From Paracoccaceae bacterium (lineage in GTDB: Bacteria > Pseudomonadota > Alphaproteobacteria > Rhodobacterales > Rhodobacteraceae), in the NCBI GenBank assembly GCA_031384695.1, contig JANNAV010000073.1, forward strand, positions 4,128-68,127: 64,000 nucleotides of DNA, read 5' to 3'. Both the position numbers and the translations under genes were made by a program. A model generated the notes under the pieces. The model did not search any database. It was not told the origin of the DNA and saw nothing but the letters and a program-made list of their open reading frames with translations. Of the stretch, positions 28,074 through 35,654 are shown piece by piece (position 1 is the stretch's first letter; each line of letters opens with the position of its first letter).

Positions 28074-28901
28074 TCAGTATTTGCCTGCCACATAAAAGAA
28101 GAAACTTTTCAGAAACTGCTCGTAGGTCAGGCCGCCGATGCGGGGCAGGGTGGTTTCCGAGCCCCAGGTGAAGATCGGGATGCTGATGCGGCTGTCGCGC
28201 CGGGTGGGAATATCGAAATCGCCACGGATCACAACGACATGGTCTGGCGACGGGCTGTCTTTGAAGGAGGAATCGATGATTGACGCCTCTATCCCGATGA
28301 CAATCCGGTAATTCTTGCCAACCAGTTCCTTGCATTTGGCGAGGAACTTTTCGCGGTCTTTCAGGCTGTCGAGCGCGCCGCCGTAAGAGAAGAAAGAGCA
28401 GCCCTGACTCTGGATGTCGGTGAACTGTGCCTTTGCCATCCATGCCTCGATTTCAGACATGGTTGTGCCGTCGCTGTCGTCTTTGTCGGAATGGTAATCG
28501 TACCACCAGTTCTCGGAATCGCGGATGCTGGCGAGGATGATCCAATCCACATGTTCGAAGGCTTCGACGACGGTGCCTGCGGTGTCTTTGATGCCTGCAG
28601 GGCAGGGCATCGTCAGGAGTTCGGCATCGGGTTTCAGCTTCCATTTGCGGATGCTGGCCTCGCCGGTTTCAAACAGGCTGGTGACGGCGGTGGCGTAAAG
28701 CAGCGGTTGTGACTGGGCGATGGCAAACAGGATCGACGCCGGGCCGCAGACCCCGGCGCTGGTCTGATTGATCTTGTAGGGGTTGTTAATGCGGATGCGC
28801 AGGCCGGCGGCGATTTTGGCGCGATCCAGTTTGGTGAATTTCCCGGCAGTGCTGCGGGCTGCGAAATCATCGACGTGTTTCAGGGCGAGGTCTTTGGTCA
28901 T
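28074..28901 (-). CDS. orphan low-G+C hypothetical protein with a putative papain-fold/UCH-like cysteine peptidase signature
   Basis: 275-aa ORF. Hand-counted 100-nt samples give 52-54% G+C, against 72% in the adjacent thiolase. The motif NQTSAGVCGPASILFAIA (Gln46-x5-Cys52-Gly) is followed later by SPDHVVVIRGDFD (His221, Asp228/230). I see no signal peptide or transmembrane segment. The functional call rests on motifs only. Confidence 0.6.
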   Translation of the reverse strand: MTKDLALKHVDDFAARSTAGKFTKLDRAKIAAGLRIRINNPYKINQTSAGVCGPASILFAIAQSQPLLYATAVTSLFETGEASIRKWKLKPDAELLTMPCPAGIKDTAGTVVEAFEHVDWIILASIRDSENWWYDYHSDKDDSDGTTMSEIEAWMAKAQFTDIQSQGCSFFSYGGALDSLKDREKFLAKCKELVGKNYRIVIGIEASIIDSSFKDSPSPDHVVVIRGDFDIPTRRDSRISIPIFTWGSETTLPRIGGLTYEQFLKSFFFYVAGKY

Positions 28902-28971
28902 GGGCCTTATCCTTACAATACAGGAAACCGGCGGGCAAAGGGCCGGATGAAAACATCACGCTATGGCGCCG

Positions 28972-29056
28972 GGCGCAAATTTCAAAATACCGATAGCAAA
29001 AGACGTCGATGGGCAACACGGGCCACGTGCAAAAGCTACTCCGAGGCGCAAATTTC
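28972..29056. repeat. 12-bp direct repeat ggcgcaaatttc x2 in the upstream region of the orphan gene
   Basis: Exact copies lie at 28972-28983 and 29045-29056. On the gene strand they read GAAATTTGCGCC. Confidence 0.9.
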
Positions 29057-29097
29057 CTCAAGCGGAAGTTTTGAGCGCGCCCCGGGATGCCCTTCGG

Positions 29098-29640
29098 TCA
29101 GCGGCGCGACAGCAGGGCTGCGGGGCGGGCGGCGGCGATGGTTTGGGTGATCAGGCCCGCGAGGACCGCCTTGATGGTGTCGCCGATCATGTAGGGGGCG
29201 GCGAGGAGGGCGGCCTCAGGCAGGGTTTTGTCCAGCATCACCGACATGCCGACAACGCCAAAGCCGTTCAGCAGCACGAGGCCACCCAGAAACGCGCCTA
29301 TGGTGGAAGCCAGCCCGATGTTGGCGCGCAGGTGGGTGGTGATGGCGCCAGCCACAAAGGCCGCGACCGGGAAGCCGATCAGATAGCCGATGGTCGGCGA
29401 GGCCAAGAGGCCAAAGCCGCCGCGCCCGCCCGCCAGCAGCGGCAGACCGCAGAGCGTGAGGAACAGGAACAGCAGCACCGCCGCCGCACCATTGCGCGCG
29501 CCCAGCACCGTGCCGCACAGCATGATGCCCAAGGATTGCGCGGTGATCGGCACGCCCGAGGCGAGGTCGATCTTCGGCACCAGCCCGAGAACGGCGATCA
29601 AGGCGGCGAAAAGTGCGATATGGGTGAGGTTCTTTTCCAT
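29098..29640 (-). CDS. bioY: biotin transporter S-component BioY
   Basis: Product MEKNLTHIALFAALIAVLGLVPKI...VPITAQSLGIMLCG...GGRGG...IGYLIGFP. The ATG at 29640 has a GGAG 6 nt upstream. The track ORF extends to a GTG at 29658. Confidence 0.92.
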   Translation of the reverse strand: MEKNLTHIALFAALIAVLGLVPKIDLASGVPITAQSLGIMLCGTVLGARNGAAAVLLFLFLTLCGLPLLAGGRGGFGLLASPTIGYLIGFPVAAFVAGAITTHLRANIGLASTIGAFLGGLVLLNGFGVVGMSVMLDKTLPEAALLAAPYMIGDTIKAVLAGLITQTIAAARPAALLSRR

Positions 29641-29664
29641 GGTGGTCTCCCTGTTCACCGGCCA

Positions 29665-30264
29665 TTAACCAGTTCCGCCACGGGCGCGCAATGCCTCGGC
29701 GGTGTTTTCGGCATCATCAAGGGCGGCGAGGGTTGCGGGCATCAGGATGCGCCAGCCGGGGCGGCGGGGCGAGCGGGCGCGCCAGGCGTGGCGCAGCGTG
29801 GTCATCCGTTCCAGCATCACCGGGATGAAGCGGATGGTGAGGGCGATGGCAAGGGCGAAGGTGCGGGGGTTGAGGCCGAGGCGGGCGAGGGGGCGCGCCG
29901 CGCGTTGCAGGGTGGCGATCATGTCGGCAAGCCGGGTGGTCATGGTCACGAAATTGGCGGCAGCGACGGCGGCGAGCATGCGGAGCACAATGGCCGCACC
30001 TTCGCCGGGGGCGCGGGTGACGAGGTGCCAGAGGGCCACGATGACGATGAAGGGCAGCAAGGGGCGCAGCATGTGCAGCGAGGCGCGGGCAAAGCTGTGG
30101 CCGCCGGTGGCGATGATGGCGGCGACAAGGGTTACGGCGGCGGCGAGGGCAAGCGGCGATTTCAGGGCGAACAGCAGCACCGTGGTGGCGGTGAGGGCGC
30201 CAAGTTTTGCCCCCGCAGGCAGGCGGTGTGCCCAGGTTTCAACCGGCGAGGTGAGTGTCAGCAT
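29665..30264 (-). CDS. bioN: ECF transporter T-component (BioN/CbiQ family)
   Basis: Track ORF trimmed to the ATG at 30264 (MLTLTSPVETWAHRLPAGAKLGALT...). The ARG-type C-terminal motifs of the family are present (AWRARS, EALRARG). Confidence 0.85.
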   Translation of the reverse strand: MLTLTSPVETWAHRLPAGAKLGALTATTVLLFALKSPLALAAAVTLVAAIIATGGHSFARASLHMLRPLLPFIVIVALWHLVTRAPGEGAAIVLRMLAAVAAANFVTMTTRLADMIATLQRAARPLARLGLNPRTFALAIALTIRFIPVMLERMTTLRHAWRARSPRRPGWRILMPATLAALDDAENTAEALRARGGTG

Positions 30265-30961
30265 CCTGCTCTCCCAACCTTGCCATCTCGGCGGTGAAGG
30301 CTTTGATGGTGGCGGCGGCAGGGCCGTCGGCGCGGATGTGGCCTGCATCAAGCCACAGCACGCGGTCGGCCAGCGCCACTGCGGCGGGCGCATGGGTGAT
30401 GGTGATCAGCCGTTGCGGCAGGGCGGCAAGGCGGCGGGAGAGGCGGGCTTTGGTCGGCAGATCGAGGCCCGCGAAAGGCTCGTCCAGCAGGATGGTGCCG
30501 GGGTTCATCAAGAGGACCGCCAGCAGGCAGAGGTAGTGGCGCTGGCCTTGGGAAAGGGTGTGGGTGGGCGCTTTGGCCCAATGGCTGCGGGACTCTGTGG
30601 CCAGCAGGGTTTGCACGGCGGCGGCGGGGTTGGGGTGGCCTTGCTGGATCAGACCGAAGGCAAGCTCCTCTTCCACCGTGGGGAACAGGATCTGGTGATC
30701 GGGGTTCTGAAACAGGATGCCGAGCTGCGCCAGCAGCGCCTTGCGGTCTTGCGCGGGGTTGAGGCCGTTGATCTGCACGCTGCCGGTGGAGGGCGGGGTG
30801 AGCCCGGCGATCAGGCGCAGAAGCGTGGTTTTGCCCGAGCCGTTGCGGCCGATGATGCCGATGCGGGCTTCGGTGAGGGTGAGGCTCAGGGGGTGCAGGA
30901 TGGTTTTGCCGGAGAGGGTGACGCTGGCGTTGATAAGGTTGATGCCGGGGGCGTCGCGCAT
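30239..30961 (-). CDS. bioM: ECF transporter ATPase (BioM)
   Basis: Walker A is GRNGSGKTT, the signature is LSQGQR, and Walker B is ILLDEP. It overlaps bioN by 26 nt. Confidence 0.9.
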   Translation of the reverse strand: MRDAPGINLINASVTLSGKTILHPLSLTLTEARIGIIGRNGSGKTTLLRLIAGLTPPSTGSVQINGLNPAQDRKALLAQLGILFQNPDHQILFPTVEEELAFGLIQQGHPNPAAAVQTLLATESRSHWAKAPTHTLSQGQRHYLCLLAVLLMNPGTILLDEPFAGLDLPTKARLSRRLAALPQRLITITHAPAAVALADRVLWLDAGHIRADGPAAATIKAFTAEMARLGEQDADTHLAG

Positions 30962-30972
30962 GGGGGATCCTT

Positions 30973-31018
30973 TCCGCTGGCAAGGCTTCTAGCGCTCCGC
31001 TGGCAAGGCTTCTAGCGC
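30973..31018. repeat. perfect 23-bp tandem duplication immediately upstream of bioM
   Basis: The unit tccgctggcaaggcttctagcgc occurs twice head-to-tail (30973-30995 and 30996-31018). The array ends 12 nt from the bioM start codon. Confidence 0.95.
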
Positions 31019-31171
31019 GCAGCGGGGGAAGGTGCAAATGCGGGGGCCTACGCGGCACTTTTGCGGCCGGGATCATGAAAATGCCGGGCATCCTTTGGGG
31101 ACGCCCGGCTGATGCTGCGGCTGTGGTCCGGTGCTTGCAGCGGACCGGTTGTGCCTTAAAGCGTGTTACGT

Positions 31172-31193
31172 CCAATCGGGTTCAACCGATTGG
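31172..31193. repeat. perfect 8-bp inverted repeat
   Basis: Sequence CCAATCGG-gttcaa-CCGATTGG. Confidence 0.9.
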
Positions 31194-31229
31194 GCGCGAC
31201 ACGCAACATTCCCAAGCCGGTCTTGTCCT

Positions 31230-31266
31230 GGATTTCCTTCAATCTGAATCAGATTGAAGGAAATCC
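31230..31266. repeat. 37-nt perfect palindrome (18-bp arms) just downstream of the lipoprotein gene stop
   Basis: Sequence ggatttccttcaatctga-a-tcagattgaaggaaatcc. It lies 3 nt from the stop codon at 31270-31272 and has no U-tract. Confidence 0.95.
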
Positions 31267-31269
31267 GCT

Positions 31270-31530
31270 CTAGCAATCGTCGGTATAGGTCTGGCCGTTC
31301 GAGTTGCGATAGTAGCACTGGCCGCGCTGGGGGGCGGGACCGATCAGGGTGGAGGCGGCGACGCCGACAGCAGCCCCGATCAATGCGCCCTGCACGCGGT
31401 TTGAGGGTTTCGAGACCGCAGCCCCCAGAACCGCCCCGCCAAGCGCGCCTGCGGCGGTATTCTGGTCGGTGGTCTGGCAGGCCGAGAGCGACAGGGCGAT
31501 TACCGGCAGGATAAGGAAAAATTTGGTCAT
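31270..31530 (-). CDS. small glycine-zipper lipoprotein
   Basis: Signal peptide with lipobox MTKFFLILPVIALSLSAC. The glycine-zipper region is GALGGAVLGAAV...GALIGAAVGVAA. Confidence 0.75.
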   Translation of the reverse strand: MTKFFLILPVIALSLSACQTTDQNTAAGALGGAVLGAAVSKPSNRVQGALIGAAVGVAASTLIGPAPQRGQCYYRNSNGQTYTDDC

Positions 31531-31632
31531 GGCAGCCTCGATTCGGTTTGAGGGGGTGAGGGAGTGAGCGGGTTACGAGGGGACAACGCGTGGCGGCAGG
31601 AATGGTTCCGCAAGGCGGCGGAACAACTTGCG

Positions 31633-32868
31633 TTACGCGGTGCGCCGGATGGTGCGGTTGAGGCCGAGAAACAGGCCGATGGCGCCTATCAGGGCGGCGC
31701 AGGGCATGGCGATGCCGAAGCCCTGCGCATCGGCCAAAAGGCCCACTCCCAGAACCGAGATCGCGCCCGCCGCGCGGGCCAGCATCAGGTTGTTGCCCAG
31801 AACCCGGCTTCGCATGTGTTCGGGGGTGCGGTTCTGCAAGATGATGTTGTTGCCTGTCACGACATAGCTGCAGCCAAACCCCAGCAAGAACAGGCAGGCG
31901 ATAGCGAGTGTGGTGGCACCCGGAAACACGCTGAGCGCCGGAAAGAGCAACCCATCAAGCAGCATCACCGCGACAAGCACCCGCAGCGTCGCGCGTTCCT
32001 GCCCGTGACCCGAATTGCGCCTTGCATGAACCAGACCTGCGAACAGCCCGCCCGCCATCAGACTGGCGGTCAGCAGGGTGAAATATGCGGGCGAGAACAG
32101 CGAGAAGCGGTCGTTGATCGCGGGCATCATGCTTGTCAGCGGCCTTTGCATCACCGCCACCACGAGGACGAAGAGACTGGCACGAAAGACCACCGGGTTG
32201 GTCCAGAACACGGTGAGGCCAGCGACAACCTCGGGCAACAGTGCGGGGGCGTCGGTTGCCTCTTTCGGCGGCTGCGGGTGCAAGGTGATACCACTGAGGC
32301 ACCACAGATACCCCAGCGTTCCCAATGCGTTGGCAGCAAAAGCCAAAGGCGCGATGCCCAGCCCGAAGGAAAACAGCATCCCTGCCAGCAATGGCCCCAG
32401 AATATAGCTGATCTGCACCACGCTGACATTGACGGCAACCGCCGCAGACAGGTTCTGCTGGCTGACAAGCCGGTTCAGAAGTCCAAAGAACGCAGGCTGG
32501 CCAAAGCCCACGAGCGTACCCTCGACGAGGGCAAATCCTGCCAGCATGGCAGGGGTCAGCGCACCTGATGCCGCAACCGCTGAGAGCGTCAACCCGGTGC
32601 AGACCTGCAACCACAAGACCGATTTGAGGATGCGGAGCCTGTCGCCACGATCGGCAAAGGCCGCAGCGAACGGGGTGACGAGGATGGACGGGAACAGATC
32701 GCAGAAATAAGCGATGCCGACCCAGGTTGCGGACGCGGTTGTCTGCCACATCCACCAGCCAATCGACAGCAGCGTGATCCAGTAGAAGACATAGGATATC
32801 CCGTAGCCGGTGACAAACCGCAGATATGCGGGTTCGCGGAGCACGCCGAATCCATCCCTGAGCCGCAT
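31633..32868 (-). CDS. MFS transporter
   Basis: 411 aa with about 12 hydrophobic helices. An MFS loop-like motif (FADRGDR) follows TM2. Confidence 0.85.
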   Translation of the reverse strand: MRLRDGFGVLREPAYLRFVTGYGISYVFYWITLLSIGWWMWQTTASATWVGIAYFCDLFPSILVTPFAAAFADRGDRLRILKSVLWLQVCTGLTLSAVAASGALTPAMLAGFALVEGTLVGFGQPAFFGLLNRLVSQQNLSAAVAVNVSVVQISYILGPLLAGMLFSFGLGIAPLAFAANALGTLGYLWCLSGITLHPQPPKEATDAPALLPEVVAGLTVFWTNPVVFRASLFVLVVAVMQRPLTSMMPAINDRFSLFSPAYFTLLTASLMAGGLFAGLVHARRNSGHGQERATLRVLVAVMLLDGLLFPALSVFPGATTLAIACLFLLGFGCSYVVTGNNIILQNRTPEHMRSRVLGNNLMLARAAGAISVLGVGLLADAQGFGIAMPCAALIGAIGLFLGLNRTIRRTA

Positions 32869-32976
32869 TCAGCACTTTCTTTCTTCGCGCGCTGGCCCGA
32901 CCGTTTTGGCGGGCCGGGCCTTGCGCCTGTGCAGGCCCGGCGGTTTGGGTGAGTTTAGTCGGGGTGAACCCCCGAC

Positions 32977-34251
32977 CTACGTGCGGGCCGCCGCCACGGC
33001 TGCCTCAAGAATATCCATCGCTTCGGCGAAGTGGGCGTCGGGGATGGTGATGGGGGCGAGGAAGCGGATGACGTTGCCGTAGACGCCGCAGGTGAGCAGG
33101 ATCAGGCCGCGCTTTTGCGCCTCGGCGCGGACGCGGGTGGTGAAGCCTGCGTCGGGCTCGTGCGTGCCTGGGTTGGCGAATTCGACCGCCACCATGAAGC
33201 CGGGGCCGCGGATGTCTGCGATCTCGGGGGCGGTGGAGCGGATCGCCTCCAGACGCTGTTTCAGGCGGCTGCCAAGTTCGTTGGCGCGGTCGCAAAGCGC
33301 CTCGTCTTCGATTACGTCGAGCACAGCGTTGGCCGCCGCGATGCCCAGGGGGTTGCCGCCATAGGTGCCGCCAAGCCCGCCGGGGTGGGCCGCGTCCATC
33401 AGGCTGGCGCGGCCGGTAAGGGCGGCGAGGGGCAGGCCTCCGGCGAGGCCCTTGGCCATGGTGGTGATGTCGGCGGCGATGCCGTAGCCTTCCATCGCGA
33501 ACATGTGGCCGGTGCGGGCAAAGCCGGTCTGCACCTCGTCGGCGATCATCACGATGCCATGCTCGTCGCAAAGTTTGCGGATGGCGCGGACAAGGTCTTT
33601 GGGGGCGGGATAAAAGCCGCCCTCGCCCTGCACCGGCTCGAAGATGATGGCCGCGACCCGGGCGGGATCAAGATCGGCCTTGAACAGTTTGGTGATGCCG
33701 TCCATCGCGTGGGCGGTGGTGACGCCGTGGATCTCTTGCGGGAAGGGGACGTGGTAGATATCGGGCATCATGGCGCCGAAACCCTTCTTGTAGGGCTCCA
33801 CCTTGCCAGTGAGCGACATGCCGAGGAAGGTGCGGCCGTGAAAGGCGCCGCCGAAGGCAATCACCGCGTTGCGCCCGGTGGCGATGCGGGCGACTTTGAC
33901 GGCGTTTTCGATGGCCTCGGCGCCGGTGGTGACGAAGACGGTTTTCTTCGGCCAATCGCCGGGGACGGCGGCGTTCAGGCGCTCGGCCAGGCGGACGTAA
34001 TTCTCGTAAGGCAGCACCTGATGGCAGGTGTGGGTGAAGCGCGACATCTGTTCGGTGACGGCGGCCATCACGCGCGGGTGGCAGTGGCCGGTGTTCACCA
34101 CCGCGATGCCGGCGGCGAAATCAATGTAGCGGTTGCCCTCGATATCCCAGACCTCGGAATTGACCGCGCGGTCCACATAGATCTGGGTCATCACCCCGAT
34201 GCCACGCGAGATCGAGGCATCACGGCGGCTGGCGACTTCGGCGTTTTTCAT
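32977..34251 (-). CDS. gabT: 4-aminobutyrate aminotransferase (class III PLP aminotransferase)
   Basis: ATG at 34251 (MKNAEVASRRDASISRGIG...). Long collinear similarity to E. coli GabT as I remember it: DFAAGIAVVNTGHCHP, TTGAEAIENAVK, AFGGAFHGRT, EPVQGEGGF, IADEVQTGFARTG, TMAKGLAGG. Confidence 0.9.
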   Translation of the reverse strand: MKNAEVASRRDASISRGIGVMTQIYVDRAVNSEVWDIEGNRYIDFAAGIAVVNTGHCHPRVMAAVTEQMSRFTHTCHQVLPYENYVRLAERLNAAVPGDWPKKTVFVTTGAEAIENAVKVARIATGRNAVIAFGGAFHGRTFLGMSLTGKVEPYKKGFGAMMPDIYHVPFPQEIHGVTTAHAMDGITKLFKADLDPARVAAIIFEPVQGEGGFYPAPKDLVRAIRKLCDEHGIVMIADEVQTGFARTGHMFAMEGYGIAADITTMAKGLAGGLPLAALTGRASLMDAAHPGGLGGTYGGNPLGIAAANAVLDVIEDEALCDRANELGSRLKQRLEAIRSTAPEIADIRGPGFMVAVEFANPGTHEPDAGFTTRVRAEAQKRGLILLTCGVYGNVIRFLAPITIPDAHFAEAMDILEAAVAAART

Positions 34252-34322
34252 CGGTTTGGTCCTTCGGGTGGTTTGGAGGTATTTGATCAAATTTCGATGC
34301 CGGTTTCAATGGCAAAGGTGGG

Positions 34323-34364
34323 GCCTCCGGCGGGGATATTTGGCCAGAGAAGAATGCGGGGGCG
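34323..34364 (+). repeat. dispersed intergenic repeat, family 1
   Basis: Sequence gcctccggcggggatatttggccagagaagaatgcgggggcg is near-identical over the first 25 nt to the copy at 47122. Confidence 0.85.
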
Positions 34365-34422
34365 TTGGAGAGGATTCATCAGCGGTTAACCTTATCCGGG
34401 TCTGATCGGGAATCAGGGGTGG

Positions 34423-35571
34423 GTGAGGTTGGCGATGGGGTTGAGATTGGTGGCGGCTGAGGCGGAGGATCCGGCGGATTGGTTGCGGCTGATCCGGTCG
34501 CGGCGGGTGGGGGCGGTAACGTTTCACCGGTTGCTGGCGGAACATGGCTCGGCCGCAGCGGCGCTGGCGGCTTTGCCAGAGATTGCGCGGGCGAGCGGGG
34601 TGGAGAATTACACGATTTGCCCTGAGGCGGTGGTGCGGGCGGAGATGGCGCTGGCGCGGGTGGCGGGGGCGGTGATGCTGCGCTGGGGCGAGCCTGGGTA
34701 TCCGGCGTTGCTGCGCGAGGTGGCGGATGCGCCGCCGGTGCTTTGGGTGCAGGGCGATCCGGGGCTGCTCGGCCGGCCGATGGTGGCAATGGTGGGCGCG
34801 CGCAACGCCTCGTCGTTGGGGGTGCGGATGGCGCGGCGGCTGGCGGAAGGCCTGGGGGCTGCGGGGATGGTGGTGGTGTCGGGTCTGGCGCGCGGCATTG
34901 ATGCCGAGGCGCACCGGGCGGCGCTGGCCACGGGAACGGTTGCGGTGCAGGCGGGCGGCGTCGATGTGATCTATCCGGCCGAGAACACCGAGCTTGCGGG
35001 CGAGATTCTGGCGGCGGGCTGCCGGATATCGGAGCAGCCGATGGGCATGCCGCCGCAGGCGCGGCATTTTCCGCTGCGCAACCGGATCGTGTCGGGGGTG
35101 GCGCGGGCGGTGCTGGTGGTGGAGGCGGCTGCGCGATCGGGGAGTTTGATCACGGCGCGCAATGCTCTCGATCAGGGGCGCGAGGTGATGGCGGTGCCGG
35201 GGCATCCTTGTGATGCACGGGCCGCCGGATGCAATATGCTGATCCGCGATGGGGCGACGCTGATCCGGGGGGCGGGCGATGTGATGGAGGCGCTGGGGAT
35301 CACCGGGTTCGCACCGGAGCAGGCGGTGTTTGCCGGGAGGGAGGCGGCCGATCCGGCACCGCCGCCGCCACGGCCACCGCGGGCGCTTGCCGATATCTCG
35401 GCGGTGCACAGCCAGATACTGGCGCGATTGGGGCCGAGTCCCCTTGCGGAGGACCAGTTGATCCGGGATCTGGCCTTGCCGCCGTCGTTGCTTGCGGGGG
35501 CGCTGATCGCGTTGGAACTGGAGGGACGGGTGCTGCGGCAGGCGGGAGGGCTGCTGAGCCGGGTGGAGTGA
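34423..35571 (+). CDS. dprA: DNA-processing protein DprA (Smf)
   Basis: Family motifs are VAMVGARNAS, VVSGLARGIDAEAHRAAL, GGVDVIYPAEN, FPLRNRI and EAAARSGSLITA. The start is uncertain (GTG at 34423 or ATG at 34435). Confidence 0.9.
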   Translation: MRLAMGLRLVAAEAEDPADWLRLIRSRRVGAVTFHRLLAEHGSAAAALAALPEIARASGVENYTICPEAVVRAEMALARVAGAVMLRWGEPGYPALLREVADAPPVLWVQGDPGLLGRPMVAMVGARNASSLGVRMARRLAEGLGAAGMVVVSGLARGIDAEAHRAALATGTVAVQAGGVDVIYPAENTELAGEILAAGCRISEQPMGMPPQARHFPLRNRIVSGVARAVLVVEAAARSGSLITARNALDQGREVMAVPGHPCDARAAGCNMLIRDGATLIRGAGDVMEALGITGFAPEQAVFAGREAADPAPPPPRPPRALADISAVHSQILARLGPSPLAEDQLIRDLALPPSLLAGALIALELEGRVLRQAGGLLSRVE

Positions 35572-35654
35572 GGTGACACGCTCCATTGACAAGGGGGCAT
35601 GTTCGCCCGCATCTTGCCGCGCCGCCCGTTGGGGCGGCAGGCAGTGAGGGTTAC

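Noticed and set aside
28867-29061. The 64-aa minus-strand ORF upstream of and overlapping the orphan gene, considered as a possible partner or immunity gene.
   Set aside because: It overlaps the orphan gene start in another frame. It has no RBS, and its sequence (Cys/Phe/Arg-rich) looks non-coding. It is more likely promoter or leader DNA.
28074-29097. The low-G+C segment considered as a genomic island or mobile element.
   Set aside because: It spans only about 1 kb with one gene. I see no integrase, transposase, tRNA or flanking direct repeats of an att type. I therefore report it as an orphan gene rather than annotating a mobile element.
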